This document shows, in pieces, positions 52,489-63,795 of a stretch of 64,000 nucleotides of DNA (the first letter of the stretch is position 1; the number at the start of each line of letters is the position of its first letter). The position numbers and the translations under genes are program-made. The stretch lies in the NCBI GenBank assembly GCA_963706595.1, contig OY970166.1, forward strand, positions 1,920,001 to 1,984,000, in the 5' to 3' direction. Origin of the DNA: an uncultured cyanobacterium. Its GTDB lineage: Bacteria > Cyanobacteriota > Cyanobacteriia > Cyanobacteriales > Nostocaceae. The notes below the pieces were generated by a model. That model ran no database searches, was not told the origin of the DNA, and saw only the letters and a list, made by a program, of their open reading frames with translations.

Positions 52489-53136
52489 ATTTCCAGGAGT
52501 GTAAAATTTTAAAATTATCCCACAATTCAGGAAGAGGATGTAACTACTTGGGAAAAGCGGTGCTTCAGTTATTTTTATGGAAAACTTTGGACAATAAATA
52601 TTTTATAGCCATTATCCAGTGCTGTTTCCACTCCAGACACTACTCAGTATCATTCTGACAATTGTTTTTATTGTCGAACTTTACCAATTTCAAAATTTAT
52701 GAGGCTGGTCTTTGCTGTGGGCAACAATTCAAGGGTCAACGCAGAAAAGGACAAAATAAGGGGCAACCTTTTTCCTTTCTAATTCTCAATGAAGGTAGAG
52801 GAATGGACTTTACCATAAACTTTTAGAAACCCTGGCGGTTGACACTCAGCAATTAACAAATTTTGTGTATTTTGCCCTCTCCAGATATCCCAATCAGAAT
52901 TCTAAATAGCACTCCATTCAGGGATACAATAACACTAGATATAGAAATCATATTTGATTTATGAAAAATTTTAAGTATTGTAGTGGCGTGGCAAGGCTAA
53001 AATGTTGCAATAGATTTTAGCCTTGTCACGCTACTACGTGTCTGTTCAAAAATCAAATAGTAGTCCTATATTTAATCCCGAAATCTGCAATTTATTTTGC
53101 ACCACTACTTATGAAAAAACAAAAGTGAAAACTAAA

Positions 53137-54306
53137 ATGCGGATACTAATGATTACGCCTAACTCAATTGCTGCAAAACGTCCTTTAGAGTGGTGTCTGA
53201 TCAACGGAGATGAAGTTTTGTGTGTCGGAGAAGAGGACTTCTATCAAAACAACCCTCCTCAAAACTATAGTTTTATCCCTGCTATTTCTAGTGGCATAGA
53301 TATCTTGCTAAATTCACCTGAATCAACCACAGAAAAGATAGCGGATTTGCGTAAATTACAAATAGAGCAACTGCAAAAATTAGTCAAAGAATTTCAACCT
53401 GATGTCATTCATGGGCATTACTTTTCGTTCACTGTAGAATGTTGTGCCTTAGCAAATTTGCACCCTTTAGTCGTATCAGTTTGGGGATTTTTGAATGATT
53501 TAATGTCGTCTGAAGCAGAGCGTCTCTTTAAATTTTATCCAGAGATACGTCCAATCATAGAATCGTCTGACGCTTTAATTGTTGAGACTCCTATTTTACT
53601 TGATAAATGTCAACCGTTCTTGAAATCTAACCAGCGATTAGAGTTAATACCTTTAGGTACAAACACACAACACTTCTCTCCTTATGATGGAGAGAATGTA
53701 GATTGAGCCAGAAAAATCTTAAATATTCCCCAAGAAGCTAAAGTTTTGTTATCGCCAAGAGGTTGGGATGAATCTTATCGGCATCAAGAGATTCTAGAAG
53801 CATTTGCTCTAGCTTATTCAGAATTACCACACCCAACAATACTTTTATTTATAGCTTTAGGGCGTGGCACAAGTGAAGAAGCTAAACTTTATCATCAAGG
53901 TATATTTCAGGTAATAGATAAACTAAAAATAAAGGATCATGTTAAAATCTTGCCTCCTATGTCTTATGAAATGATGCCTTATGTCTATGCTTTGGCAGAT
54001 GTAGTCATTAACTATCCTATTAATGACGCTTTTCCGTCTACGATAATAGAAGCAGTTGCCTGTGAACGACCTGTAATTACTGCTCAATTGCCAGGTTACA
54101 AAGGTACGTTCATTGAGGAATTCTGTACTTTAGTTGATGCCAATAATATGACTGAGTTAGCTAAGGCTATGGCTGAAGTCGTCAATACACCCAGAACTAA
54201 TTACAGCAGTCAAATTGCTAAAGCCCGTCAGGTAATAGTTGAACAATACGATGAGAGTATATTTAAAAATCGTCTGTTTAATCTTTATAAAAATCTGATG
54301 ATATGA
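53137..54306 (+). pseudogene. GT4 (GT-B) glycosyltransferase with an in-frame TGA at 53704-53706
   Basis: MRILMIT...FQPDVIHGH and DAFPSTIIEAVACERPVI lie in the same frame on both sides of one stop; 389 aa if read through. Confidence 0.75.
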
Positions 54307-54420
54307 TACTTTTTTAATACTGAATCTAGTACCTAGTGAGGCGTAAAATTCAGATAAGATCATGCTCTTGTCATCAGGAATTGAGATAAATGAAAGTTAA
54401 TTCTAGAGAAGCCATCACAA

Positions 54421-55671
54421 ATGCTTAAAAATATGGCTTGGTTCGAGCGAATTCGCCAACTATTTGAGTTCAGAAATTTTCGTCTTTTTTTCATAGGAGA
54501 TGCAATTTCTCTACTTGGTAGTTATATCCAGGGAATAGCCAACGTCTGGCTAGTTTATGATCTAACTAATTCGGCATTTTTGTTAGCTTTAGTCCAATTT
54601 TCAGGACTAATTTCTAATTTAACTTTCGCTCCTTTTGGCGGTATTATGGCAGATCAGATCAATCGCCATCGCATTATTCTAGTTACTGAAACTCTTTGTA
54701 TCTTGCCACCTTTAGCTCTAGCAGCTTTAACATTAACTGATACCATTCAAATTTGGCATATTATTATTTTGGATATTTTTAAAGGCATCATTAATGCCTT
54801 TTATGTGCCAGCACGTCACTCATTGTTTACAGAAATGGTAGAGAAAAAAGAATATTTAGGTAATGCGATCGCTTTCAATTCTTCAATATACAATGCTACT
54901 AGATTTATTGGTCCGGCTATTGGTGGTTTGTTAGTTGCTGCCTTTGGTGTGGGAATCTGTTTTTTAATTGACGCTCTTAGCTTTATACCGATGATCATTG
55001 CTCTTTCAGCTATGAATATTAAACCCAGCACAATAAATGTTAGTCATACTAGTTACTGGGAGAAATTAAAAGAAGGGTTTGTTTATGCTTCTAGCTTCCC
55101 ACCCAGTCGCGCAATTTTAACTCTACTAGGTCTTTCCAGTTTTATGGGAATGTCTTATGCGATTTTAGTACCTGTGTTTGCTGAAGAGATTCTTCACGGT
55201 GACGCTAAAACTCTAGGCTTTTTAATGTCAAGTTCGGGAATAGGAGCATTAATCGCCGCAATTTATCTAAGTTCAAGACATAGTATCATAGGATTAGAAA
55301 ACATAATTGCTTTTGCCCCAGTTATTTTTGGTAGTGGACTAATTGCTTTTTCATTTTTTCAAAGTTTTTGGTTGTCTTCCTTGATGTTGCTATTAATTGG
55401 ATTTGGTTTAGTTATGCAAGTAACATCTAGCAATACAGTTTTACAAATCTTAGTAGATGATGACAAACGAGGACGTTTAATGAGCTTTTTTAGTATGGTA
55501 GTTACGGTGATGGCATCACTAGGAGGTTTATTTGTTGGCGGCTTGGCTACCCATATCGGTGTCTCCATGACTTTAAGAATTTGCGGATTTTTCTGTGTTT
55601 TAGGTTCGTTTTTATTTTATCAAAAAACTCCGATGTTAAGACATTTTATTGAACAAACTCACAAAGCTTAA
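54421..55671 (+). CDS. MFS transporter (EntS/DHA3-like exporter)
   Basis: RNFRLFFIG, GGIMADQINR, RFIGPAIGG and DDKRGRLMS; about 12 TM segments. Confidence 0.88.
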   Translation: MLKNMAWFERIRQLFEFRNFRLFFIGDAISLLGSYIQGIANVWLVYDLTNSAFLLALVQFSGLISNLTFAPFGGIMADQINRHRIILVTETLCILPPLALAALTLTDTIQIWHIIILDIFKGIINAFYVPARHSLFTEMVEKKEYLGNAIAFNSSIYNATRFIGPAIGGLLVAAFGVGICFLIDALSFIPMIIALSAMNIKPSTINVSHTSYWEKLKEGFVYASSFPPSRAILTLLGLSSFMGMSYAILVPVFAEEILHGDAKTLGFLMSSSGIGALIAAIYLSSRHSIIGLENIIAFAPVIFGSGLIAFSFFQSFWLSSLMLLLIGFGLVMQVTSSNTVLQILVDDDKRGRLMSFFSMVVTVMASLGGLFVGGLATHIGVSMTLRICGFFCVLGSFLFYQKTPMLRHFIEQTHKA

Positions 55672-55922
55672 AAAACTGTTTGATCAAAATTATTTATTGA
55701 CTATAGGAATAATATTTGATTTTTCAAATATACGTACGATGGGCATTACCAACTAAAATCTGGATATTGTGGGCAATGCTGAAACCAAGTATGAATTTAG
55801 GTGTAGAGACGTTGCATGGAACGTCTCTGCAAGGGTTTCGATATCATCAAAAATCATTTTCATACATCAAATCAGCAACGCCGATATTTTCAGCGCAAGC
55901 TATCAGCAACGCCATAATTTAC

Positions 55923-56492
55923 TTATTCTTCAAACTGGTAATTTCCTAATTTTATATCTTCAGCAAAATACTCAGATACAAAATCTTTAGTTTCTTGATT
56001 GTAATAAAGAGCGTAATTTTTTTCTCTGGTATTGGGAATAAAGTGAGGAAGAACGGGGGCTGCAATCCCAATTTGTTCGCAAATCAACTTAAAATCATTG
56101 TTTAAGTTTTCAAATCTAGCAATAAACTTAACTTTTTTATTTTTCCCATAGACATAATCTACTTGTCGTTGCCGATGATAGAATGCTGAAGGTGAAATGA
56201 AATTAGGAAAATTTAAACAAAACTCCGCAAATGATATGTTCAGTTTAGGCAATCCTTCATATTTACCATCATTCCAATAGTGATATAAACTGACCATCCT
56301 ATCCCAAGGGTTTCTGATAAAACAAAAAGAAAAGAAACTATCCCAAGTTTCTTGATCGTATTCATCGGGTAAAAAATGGCCTTTATACGTTCCCCATTTT
56401 TCTTTAAGTTCGGGAAATAAAGTAACGGTAACAGCAGAACCGGCAGTTTTTGGAATATGAATGAAAATGAACTTTCTTTCTGTGTCAATCAT
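55923..56492 (-). CDS. Sulfotransferase family 2 protein
   Basis: PAPS-binding motifs FIHIPKTAGSA and FIRNPWDRMVSLY. Confidence 0.88.
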   Translation of the reverse strand: MIDTERKFIFIHIPKTAGSAVTVTLFPELKEKWGTYKGHFLPDEYDQETWDSFFSFCFIRNPWDRMVSLYHYWNDGKYEGLPKLNISFAEFCLNFPNFISPSAFYHRQRQVDYVYGKNKKVKFIARFENLNNDFKLICEQIGIAAPVLPHFIPNTREKNYALYYNQETKDFVSEYFAEDIKLGNYQFEE

Positions 56493-56571
56493 AGTTTTAG
56501 TAATTGCAGCTAAACAAAATAAAAGAAATTACAAAAAAGCAAAAATAATCAATGTGCTTCAGTCCAGGCAA

Positions 56572-57489
56572 TTATTTTTCCAACTGACGGCACATCTTTT
56601 CCCACCGTTTTTCGATTAGCTGTGAAAATATCGGCTCAGGGTAAGTCAAATTCTTTTGATTGATCATTTGAATTTTTTCTAGCCAATTTTTAGACTGGTT
56701 GAGAAAGTCTGGCGTGACTTTTTGTGCTGTTGAAATATTTCCTATAGAAAAATGTAAATCAAGTTCTTTTTGAGTCGGGTTGATACCAAAAGCTTTTAGT
56801 TGGTCTTCCAGAATCTTGATTGTCGTTAGTTTTTGTTCTTGCTCATGCTTACTGCTCATTTGATTTGGGTGTTGATGATAAAGATAATGTACTTCAGGAA
56901 TGTTAGCAAATTTCACATATTTTGCAGAACGCACCCAGAATTCATAGTCTTCTGCATACTCATAGGCAGGATCGTACCATAGCTGTGTTTCGGTGAAGGC
57001 AGAACGACGGATAATGGTAGTACCATGTGGAATTGTTCCTCTATTGGAGAAGAACAAATTACATCGAATAGTTTCATCATCTGTAGGATACTGACAAACG
57101 AAATCCGCACCCAAACCAGTGATTTCTAGCCAAGTACCACATACCCCCACTTCTGGATGAGTTTCCATAAAATTAACTTGTCTAGTTAAACGATTAGGAA
57201 GACTAATATCATCTCCATCAGAATGGACAATATACTCTCCTGTAGCCAAGGGTAATACTTTATTTAAACTATAAACTTTTTTCAAATTCTGCTCGTTTCG
57301 GAGTAACTTTATTCGGGAATCTTGCTTTGCATAAAATTCGAGAATAGACCAGGTATTATCTGTAGAACCATCATCAATGATCATCAACTCAAAGTCTTTA
57401 AATGTTTGGTCTAAGAAGCTCCTTATGGTTTTTTCTATAAAAATTCCTACATTATAAACAGAGATGACTACGCTAATTTTCGGAGACAT
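56572..57489 (-). CDS. GT2 glycosyltransferase
   Basis: KISVVISVYN, IDDGSTD, DGDDISLPNRL and AEDYEFW. Confidence 0.9.
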   Translation of the reverse strand: MSPKISVVISVYNVGIFIEKTIRSFLDQTFKDFELMIIDDGSTDNTWSILEFYAKQDSRIKLLRNEQNLKKVYSLNKVLPLATGEYIVHSDGDDISLPNRLTRQVNFMETHPEVGVCGTWLEITGLGADFVCQYPTDDETIRCNLFFSNRGTIPHGTTIIRRSAFTETQLWYDPAYEYAEDYEFWVRSAKYVKFANIPEVHYLYHQHPNQMSSKHEQEQKLTTIKILEDQLKAFGINPTQKELDLHFSIGNISTAQKVTPDFLNQSKNWLEKIQMINQKNLTYPEPIFSQLIEKRWEKMCRQLEK

Positions 57490-57554
57490 TGTTAATTTTT
57501 AAATTAATTACTTGATGAAGTTTTTTGACTGACAGACAAATTTTCAATTATTAA

Positions 57555-57575
57555 CCCCGCAATTTTCATGCGGGG
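57555..57575 (-). terminator. Hairpin between the peptide gene and GT2
   Basis: CCCCGCA-N7-TGCGGGG. Confidence 0.45.
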
Positions 57576-57635
57576 CTACTAGATGACTACACTGGTATTT
57601 AATTTAGTCAATCAGGAGTCAACTAACTAATCAAA

Positions 57636-57866
57636 CTATGCTACTGATAGAGCTATTGGATGAGCAGTACGTGCTGCAGTTCTACTCCAAGCAGTACGTG
57701 ATGCAATTCTACTCCAAGCAGTACGTGATGCAATTCCACGTAGAGCAGTACGTGATGCAATTCCACATAGAGCAGTACGTGATGCTGTAGCCGAAATGGA
57801 TATTTCTTCTAAGTTCAACTCAGTTAACTGATTCAGAAAATCTTCAAAAGAAGGTTGGTAGCTCAT
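57636..57866 (-). CDS. Putative RiPP precursor: acidic leader plus five A(S/A)RTA-xxx repeat cassettes
   Basis: GAGGA RBS about 10 nt upstream; 27-bp DNA period (AGCAGTACGTG at 57663, 57690, 57717, 57744, 57771). Confidence 0.65.
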   Translation of the reverse strand: MSYQPSFEDFLNQLTELNLEEISISATASRTALCGIASRTALRGIASRTAWSRIASRTAWSRTAARTAHPIALSVA

Positions 57867-58032
57867 GACGCAATTATCCTCAAAAAATTAATTGATGGCT
57901 TTGAAATCAGTATTATCATACAGCACTTTGCTGACAAGTTAAAAGTTAAACAAATACCAATACTATAGCCAAATTACGAGGGTTCAACGGCTGTAGAAGC
58001 ATTCAACCTATCCCACTAATAGGCGTTGCAGA

Positions 58033-58250
58033 ATGGACAACCGAGACCAGTATGATTACGGTTGGAACTCAAAAGGACAGCGCTTCCATGCACTTAAATC
58101 AGGTCGTCGTGAAGGTCGGGTGAACATAATTGCCGCGCTGTGTAACCATAAGCTGATAGCTCCTTTCACTGTTGAGGGTGCGTGTAATCGAATAGTATTT
58201 GAGACTTGGCTTGAAGCTTGTTTACTTCCCACACTCAAACCGGGACATTT
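58033..58250 (+). mobile_element. IS630-family transposase internal fragment
   Basis: YGWNSKGQRF...RVNIIAAL...APFTVEGACNRIVFETWLEACLLPTLKPG; truncated at both ends. Confidence 0.8.
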
Positions 58251-58365
58251 TCGAGATCAGCTTCGACGTTTAAGTGGGCAGTAGAGTTAACAAAGCCTGA
58301 TTATAAACTGGAAATGAGAGGTGAACCCATCCATAATAAAGGGAGATGTTATTTTTAATTTAGTT

Positions 58366-59145
58366 ATGTACTTAACTTGGTTAGACAGCAATAGTTGGCT
58401 ACTAGAAATCGGCAACCAAAGGATATTGCTTGACCCGTGGCTGGTGGGTTCCTTAACTTTTGGCAATTTGGATTGGTTTTTTAGAGGTTCCCGGACACAA
58501 GAACGCCCCATACCAGAGAATATTGATTTACTTTTGCTGTCTCAAGGTTTGGAAGATCATGCTCATCCGGAAACTCTGAAGCAGCTTGACCACAAAATTC
58601 AAGTTGTGGGTTCGCCCAATGCGGCAAAATTATTACAGGGTTTGGGTTATACTTCCGTAACATCCCTAGCTCATGGTGAGAGTTTTAACTTGAATGAGCA
58701 AGTAGAAATTACTGCTGTTCCTGGGTCTACCGTGGGTTATAACCTAGTAGAAAATGGTTATTTGCTCAAAGAAGTCAGCACTGGTTTAACACTTTACTAT
58801 GAGCCTCATGGGTCGCATTCGCCAGAAGTGAAAAAGTTTGCACCAGTTGATGTGGTAATTACGCCAATTGTTGATGTTACACTACCTTTAGGTTTGCCAA
58901 TTATTAAAGGTAGGAAGAGTGCATTAGAAGTTGCACAGTGGTTACAACCCCAAATTATGCTTCCCACGGCTGCGGGTGGAGACGTAATCTTTGAAGGTTT
59001 GCTGACAAAATTTTTAACAGCGCAAGGAAGCGGAGAAGAGTTTAGTTCCTTACTAAATCAGCACAATTTAACTACAAGAGTGATGGAACCCAAGCCAGGC
59101 GATCGCCTAGAACTACAATTACAAAAGCGCACATTAAAAGTATAA
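58366..59145 (+). CDS. MBL-fold metallo-hydrolase
   Basis: LDSNSWLLE, ILLDPWLVG, SQGLEDHAH and YYEPHG. Confidence 0.85.
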   Translation: MYLTWLDSNSWLLEIGNQRILLDPWLVGSLTFGNLDWFFRGSRTQERPIPENIDLLLLSQGLEDHAHPETLKQLDHKIQVVGSPNAAKLLQGLGYTSVTSLAHGESFNLNEQVEITAVPGSTVGYNLVENGYLLKEVSTGLTLYYEPHGSHSPEVKKFAPVDVVITPIVDVTLPLGLPIIKGRKSALEVAQWLQPQIMLPTAAGGDVIFEGLLTKFLTAQGSGEEFSSLLNQHNLTTRVMEPKPGDRLELQLQKRTLKV

Positions 59146-59213
59146 TCAACAGGGGTATACTAACCCTCTTCTCTTACCTCTGCGCCTCTGCGCCTCTGCG
59201 TGAGAGAAATTAT

Positions 59214-59378
59214 TTAATAATCATTGTCAGCCACACAAATTCCCTTACATTTAATCCCATTCGTAGCAGTGCGCTGACAATGAGGACAGAGAACTGGTTC
59301 AGATGCCGGTTCTTGATTTATCTCTATACTAGTGCTTTCCTGTAACTTATCCTTTTCGCTATCGGGTTTTACAGTCAT
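59214..59378 (-). CDS. 54-aa Cys-rich small protein (below the ORF-track cutoff)
   Basis: MTVKPDSEKDKLQESTSIEINQEPASEPVLCPHCQRTATNGIKCKGICVADNDY. Confidence 0.6.
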   Translation of the reverse strand: MTVKPDSEKDKLQESTSIEINQEPASEPVLCPHCQRTATNGIKCKGICVADNDY

Positions 59379-59449
59379 AAAAATAAATGAACTTCTTGCT
59401 GTTTACATTTTACCAAGACAGTTGCACTGATTGCTCGTTCTGCTACAAT

Positions 59450-60289
59450 TTAAAGCAATTTCTGGTTTTTTGTTTTCACCCGTTGATAAAACTCCTCCAT
59501 TGTTTGAATAAAAGAATTATCTTTTGGCCAAAAAGGTGGGAAATCTCCTTGTTTCTTTACCAAAATTGCTGATACACTGCTTTGATTAGGAACTTCAATA
59601 GTTGATGGTAATCGTTTTGTTCCTAACCAAAATTCCCTAGCGGTGGGCTTTTGGTCAACAGATTGTTTTTCTAGTGTTGTGTAAAAGGATATAGCAGGTT
59701 CTAAGGAAATTTCTTCAGAGTTTAGGGATTCTGATAAAGCTTTACCTAATGGTGAATTAGCTAACTTTGTTTGCAGTTCGGCTTTAGATAAACCCCGTAA
59801 TTCAAATAACAAGAATGGGTTTTTATCCAGTTGTGAAGCGACTAAATAATAGACTCCGGCGATATGCTTACAAGGATTAGCATAATCTGGACAAGAACAT
59901 CTTGTAGTAAAATCCTTACTACTGTGGGGTAATAAATTTAATCCCAAATGAGCAAAATTATCCTCTATATTTTCAGGGACTTCATTTAACAGTAGTCGAG
60001 AAACCACACTAGCCTTAGAAGAAAGCTTCGTAATAGCTTCATTCCAGCTAGTTTTACCAATCGGTTTAATTTCAATTGAGATATTATAAGTTGGTTCTTT
60101 ATAAACTCCAAAATAGGGATTAATTGAACCTTTAACTTGAGCCGTAATATGATTTTTATCAATTTCAAAATTTAATACCTTACCCCCACGGGCGTAAGAA
60201 CGTCCGCGCTGGAGTCGGCTATCATCGGTGAATTCCTCTAACGCTTGAATAAAGCAATCGCCCCACCAAGTCCGAGTAAATTTAGCCAT
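59450..60289 (-). CDS. SWIM zinc finger protein
   Basis: RLQRGRSYAR and CSCPDYANPCKH. Confidence 0.92.
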   Translation of the reverse strand: MAKFTRTWWGDCFIQALEEFTDDSRLQRGRSYARGGKVLNFEIDKNHITAQVKGSINPYFGVYKEPTYNISIEIKPIGKTSWNEAITKLSSKASVVSRLLLNEVPENIEDNFAHLGLNLLPHSSKDFTTRCSCPDYANPCKHIAGVYYLVASQLDKNPFLLFELRGLSKAELQTKLANSPLGKALSESLNSEEISLEPAISFYTTLEKQSVDQKPTAREFWLGTKRLPSTIEVPNQSSVSAILVKKQGDFPPFWPKDNSFIQTMEEFYQRVKTKNQKLL

Positions 60290-60468
60290 AAATTAGACCT
60301 CTAGTAATTAGGAACCCCACCCCCAGCCCCTCCCCGCAAGCGAGGAGGGGAGTAAGAGTAAAAAAACTTTAAAACTCTTCCTTCTTTTCTTCTCTTCCTT
60401 CGTGTCCTTAGCGTCCTTTGTGGTATGCGCTTCGCGCACGCTAGGCGAACGTTTCTCCATAATTTAAT

Positions 60469-63400
60469 TTACTCCAAAATTGCACTCTTATTCAGCGCTA
60501 TCAATTGCTTAAAAGCCTCATTATTTAACTCCGTCAACCAAGACTCATCACTACCAACCACAGAAGAAGAAAGTTTTTTCTTATCCTCAATCATTTGGTC
60601 AATTCTCTCCTCCAAAGTCCCAATAGTCACAAACTTATGCACAAACACATTCTTTTTTTGACCAATGCGAAAAGCCCTGTCAGTGGCTTGATCCTCAACG
60701 GCTGGATTCCACCAACGGTCAAAATGGAAAACATGATTGGCTTTCGTCAGAGTAATACCCACACCACCAGCTTTCAGCGAAAGGATAAACACAGATGGTT
60801 CCGTATCCGGGTCTTGAAATTCAGTAATCATCTGTTCTCGACGTTTGCGACTCGTGCCACCATGTAGGTAGTAAGTATTGCAGTGCAGACTATGTTTAAG
60901 ATGCTTTTCCACACTTTCGCAAACATCTGTAAACTGGCTAAATATCAGCAAACTTTCACCTTCAGCAACCGCTTCATCTACCATTTCTGCTAATCGGCTC
61001 AGTTTGTGCGATCGCTCAGTGGAAAATGCACTATTATCTTGTAAGAACTGGGCAGGATGATTACAAATTTGTTTTAATTTCAGCAGAGTTGAAAGGATCA
61101 ATCCTTTGCGTTGAATACCTTCTGTTTTTTGCAGCTTTTCTTCAACATCTTTCACCACCACTTCATATAGTGATGCCTGTTCTTTAGTTAAATTAGTATA
61201 GAGTTTTTGTTCAACTTTATCTGGCAAATCATTAATAATCGATTGGTCAGTTTTTACCCGGCGTAAAATTAGCGGTTCCACCAATTTCTTCAAGGTAACT
61301 GATTTCACCCGGTCATTATCTTTCTGAATGGGAATTTCAAAAGACTTGCGAAACTGGGCTTCTTTACCCAAATAACCAGGATTGAGAAAATTAAAAATTG
61401 ACCATAAATCCAGCAGTCTGTTTTCTACAGGCGTTCCTGTTAACGCGAGTCGGTGTTTTGCCGAAATTTTGAGGATAGCTTTGGTTTGTGCAGCTTTGGG
61501 ATTTTTGATATTTTGCGCCTCATCTAAAACCAGACGTTGCCATTCCACACTATTGAACAGCTTTTCATCCTTCCGGGCTAGAGTGAAGGAAGTAATAATC
61601 ACATCATGCTGTTGACAAGCGGCTTTAAAATCAGGAGAATTTTGTAGGCGATCGCTACCATGATGCACCATACTTTTTAAATGGGGTGCAAACTTAGCAA
61701 TTTCCTTTTGCCAATTACCCACAACGGAAGTAGGCGCAATTAATAAAGTAGGTAAAACAGACTCCACTGCATCCTTTTCCTGCACAAGTCTAGCAATTAC
61801 TTGTACCGACTTACCCAAACCCATATCATCTGCTAAACAGCCATTTAAACCCAAACGTTCTAGATATTCCAACCAAGCCACACCCCGCTTTTGGTACTCG
61901 CGTAAAGTGCCTTGCAGATTTAACGTTTCAGAAATTGGTTCCAATTGGCTTTTATCTTGCAACTTCGCTATCATCTCCGATAGCACTTCATCATGTTCAA
62001 TTTCCCACTCTTCCCCAACTTCGGCACTGCGTTGTAAAAACTCCAACAAATTCATTTGGGGTTGTTCATCACCGTGAGACTCCCAAAATTCCAATAATTG
62101 CTGCATTTTATCCCGGTCTAATTCCATCCACTGACCGCGAAAATGCACGAGAGGAGATTTAGCATTAATTAATTGTTCCCATTCTTGGGGAGTCACAACT
62201 TGTTCCCCAATGGCTAATTCATATTGATACTCTACCAGGGAATCTAAACCAAAATAGCTTTTTGTTTCCCCTTTAGTTGGCGCGAGTTTCTTACCAGATG
62301 CTTTCAGGCGAACTTTGGCACGACGGCGACCAGCAGGAGTATACCAAGCAGGTACAATGACTTTAAAACCTGCATCTTCTAACAACCAAGCACTTTCTTT
62401 GAGAAAATCAAACGCCGCATCTAAAGTCAGTTGCATTCCTGTCGGCTGGTCTGTTTCTAACCCTTGCCAAAGTTGAGGATACATTCGCGCTGCGTAACCC
62501 AAATTTAACAGCAAATTAGTTTCAAAGTTTTTACCAAAATTCTTCTGTACAGAAGTTTTAGCTGTTTGATTCATGTTCCAGTAATCAGCTAAATCCAACT
62601 TTAAAGAAGGGTCTTGTTTACTGGCTACCAAAAATTGCATCTGCCAATTTTCTATTTCTTCGCTAGTAGGAGAATGCAGTTGAAAGCAGAGATAAAAAGG
62701 TGAATCTGATTGAGTGCGGGTAATTTTATTTTTCCACCCTTGCCATTGTTTATATTCTTCTAAAGCAGCATGACTTGTGAGTGGGTTATGGCGTTGGGGA
62801 TAAAGACAATAATCAATTAGAGAGTCTGAGATTTGCTTATCAAAAGCTGCTGTCGAAGGTGTATGTAGTAACTAAATCATTTAGTACAGATTCAGAAAAA
62901 TGCCGTAATAAAGTTTCCTGATTAAAGAACTCAATACTATCACTTGATTTTGCCGCACCTGCCACACAAATTAGTGGCATATAGTCAATATATTTTTGGA
63001 TATTACTTTCGTATTGTTCGGAAACAATTTCCCAGTTGGCATAAATTTCAAAAGGCTGAGAAGTTGGTTGTTTGCCTTTTTTCTTAGTTGTTGCGGCTGC
63101 TAACTGCCGATATTTCAGCGCTGGAATATATTGGTCTTTGATAATTACTTCTTTAAAAGCTTGAGTGTAGTGATACCAAAACAGCAAATCAGAACCAAGT
63201 TGAATATCCCCAGAATTATATAGTGCTAAAAAATGAATATCATTGATTAATTTAATGAAATTTATCGCTTTTTCAGCCTTAGCATAGATTGCTGTTTCAT
63301 AACAATCAACTTGCCAATATTGAAACTCCTCATAATCTTCAGGAATTTCCACTTCCAGATACTTAACTAATTCCGGCGAAGGTAAAGGCTGATTATTCGT

Positions 63401-63643
63401 AGTTGGTAAAGCAAAATATTTTGGAGAAATCAACTGACTCAATTGAGACGCTGTGGCTTTAATTCCCAACTCCTGCGTTAAAAAATTAGATAATTCCGCC
63501 TTAGCTAAATGTCCTGGATGAATACCTTGGCTATGACTGCGGCTTTTCTGACTAACCGGAGTTTCCACCCACAAATAAAAAGACCCCGACTGAATAAAAT
63601 CAGTAGACGCATCTGGTATCCAAGTTCCATGCAGGACTTTCAT
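60469..63643 (-). CDS. SNF2-family helicase, split by a 1-nt frameshift at about 62866
   Basis: LADDMGLGKS, LDEAQ, LTGTP and QATDRAFRIGQ; the helicase frame is open upstream to HTPSTAAFDKQI and overlaps 62840-63643; ~1057 aa if joined. Confidence 0.88.
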
Positions 63644-63795
63644 AAAAATGATGCCTTTGGATTGAAAAAATTTAGCAGTTTCTTACCACTGTACCAAAAA
63701 TCATCTCAACTCTTACTCTCCGCGCCTCCGCTTACTGAGCGACTTGTACTGAGCGCAGTCGAAGTAAGTCGAAGTATGCGCCTCTGCGTGAACCT

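Noticed and set aside
52490..52935. Possible degraded gene between the NTF2 gene and the MITE
   Set aside because: The frames I translated on both strands contain stops and no recognisable motif.
53023..53136. N-terminal extension of the GT4 ORF
   Set aside because: It begins inside a MITE; the GT-B fold starts at ATG 53137 (MRILMIT).
57663..57785. Possible mini-CRISPR array (about 20-bp repeat, 5 copies)
   Set aside because: Variable parts are only about 7 nt, the period is 27 (a multiple of 3), it lies inside an ORF with an RBS, and there are no cas genes; it is a coding repeat.
59450..63643. SWIM plus SNF2 pair as a novel defence system
   Set aside because: This is a widespread, conserved bacterial gene pair with no accessory effector genes beside it.
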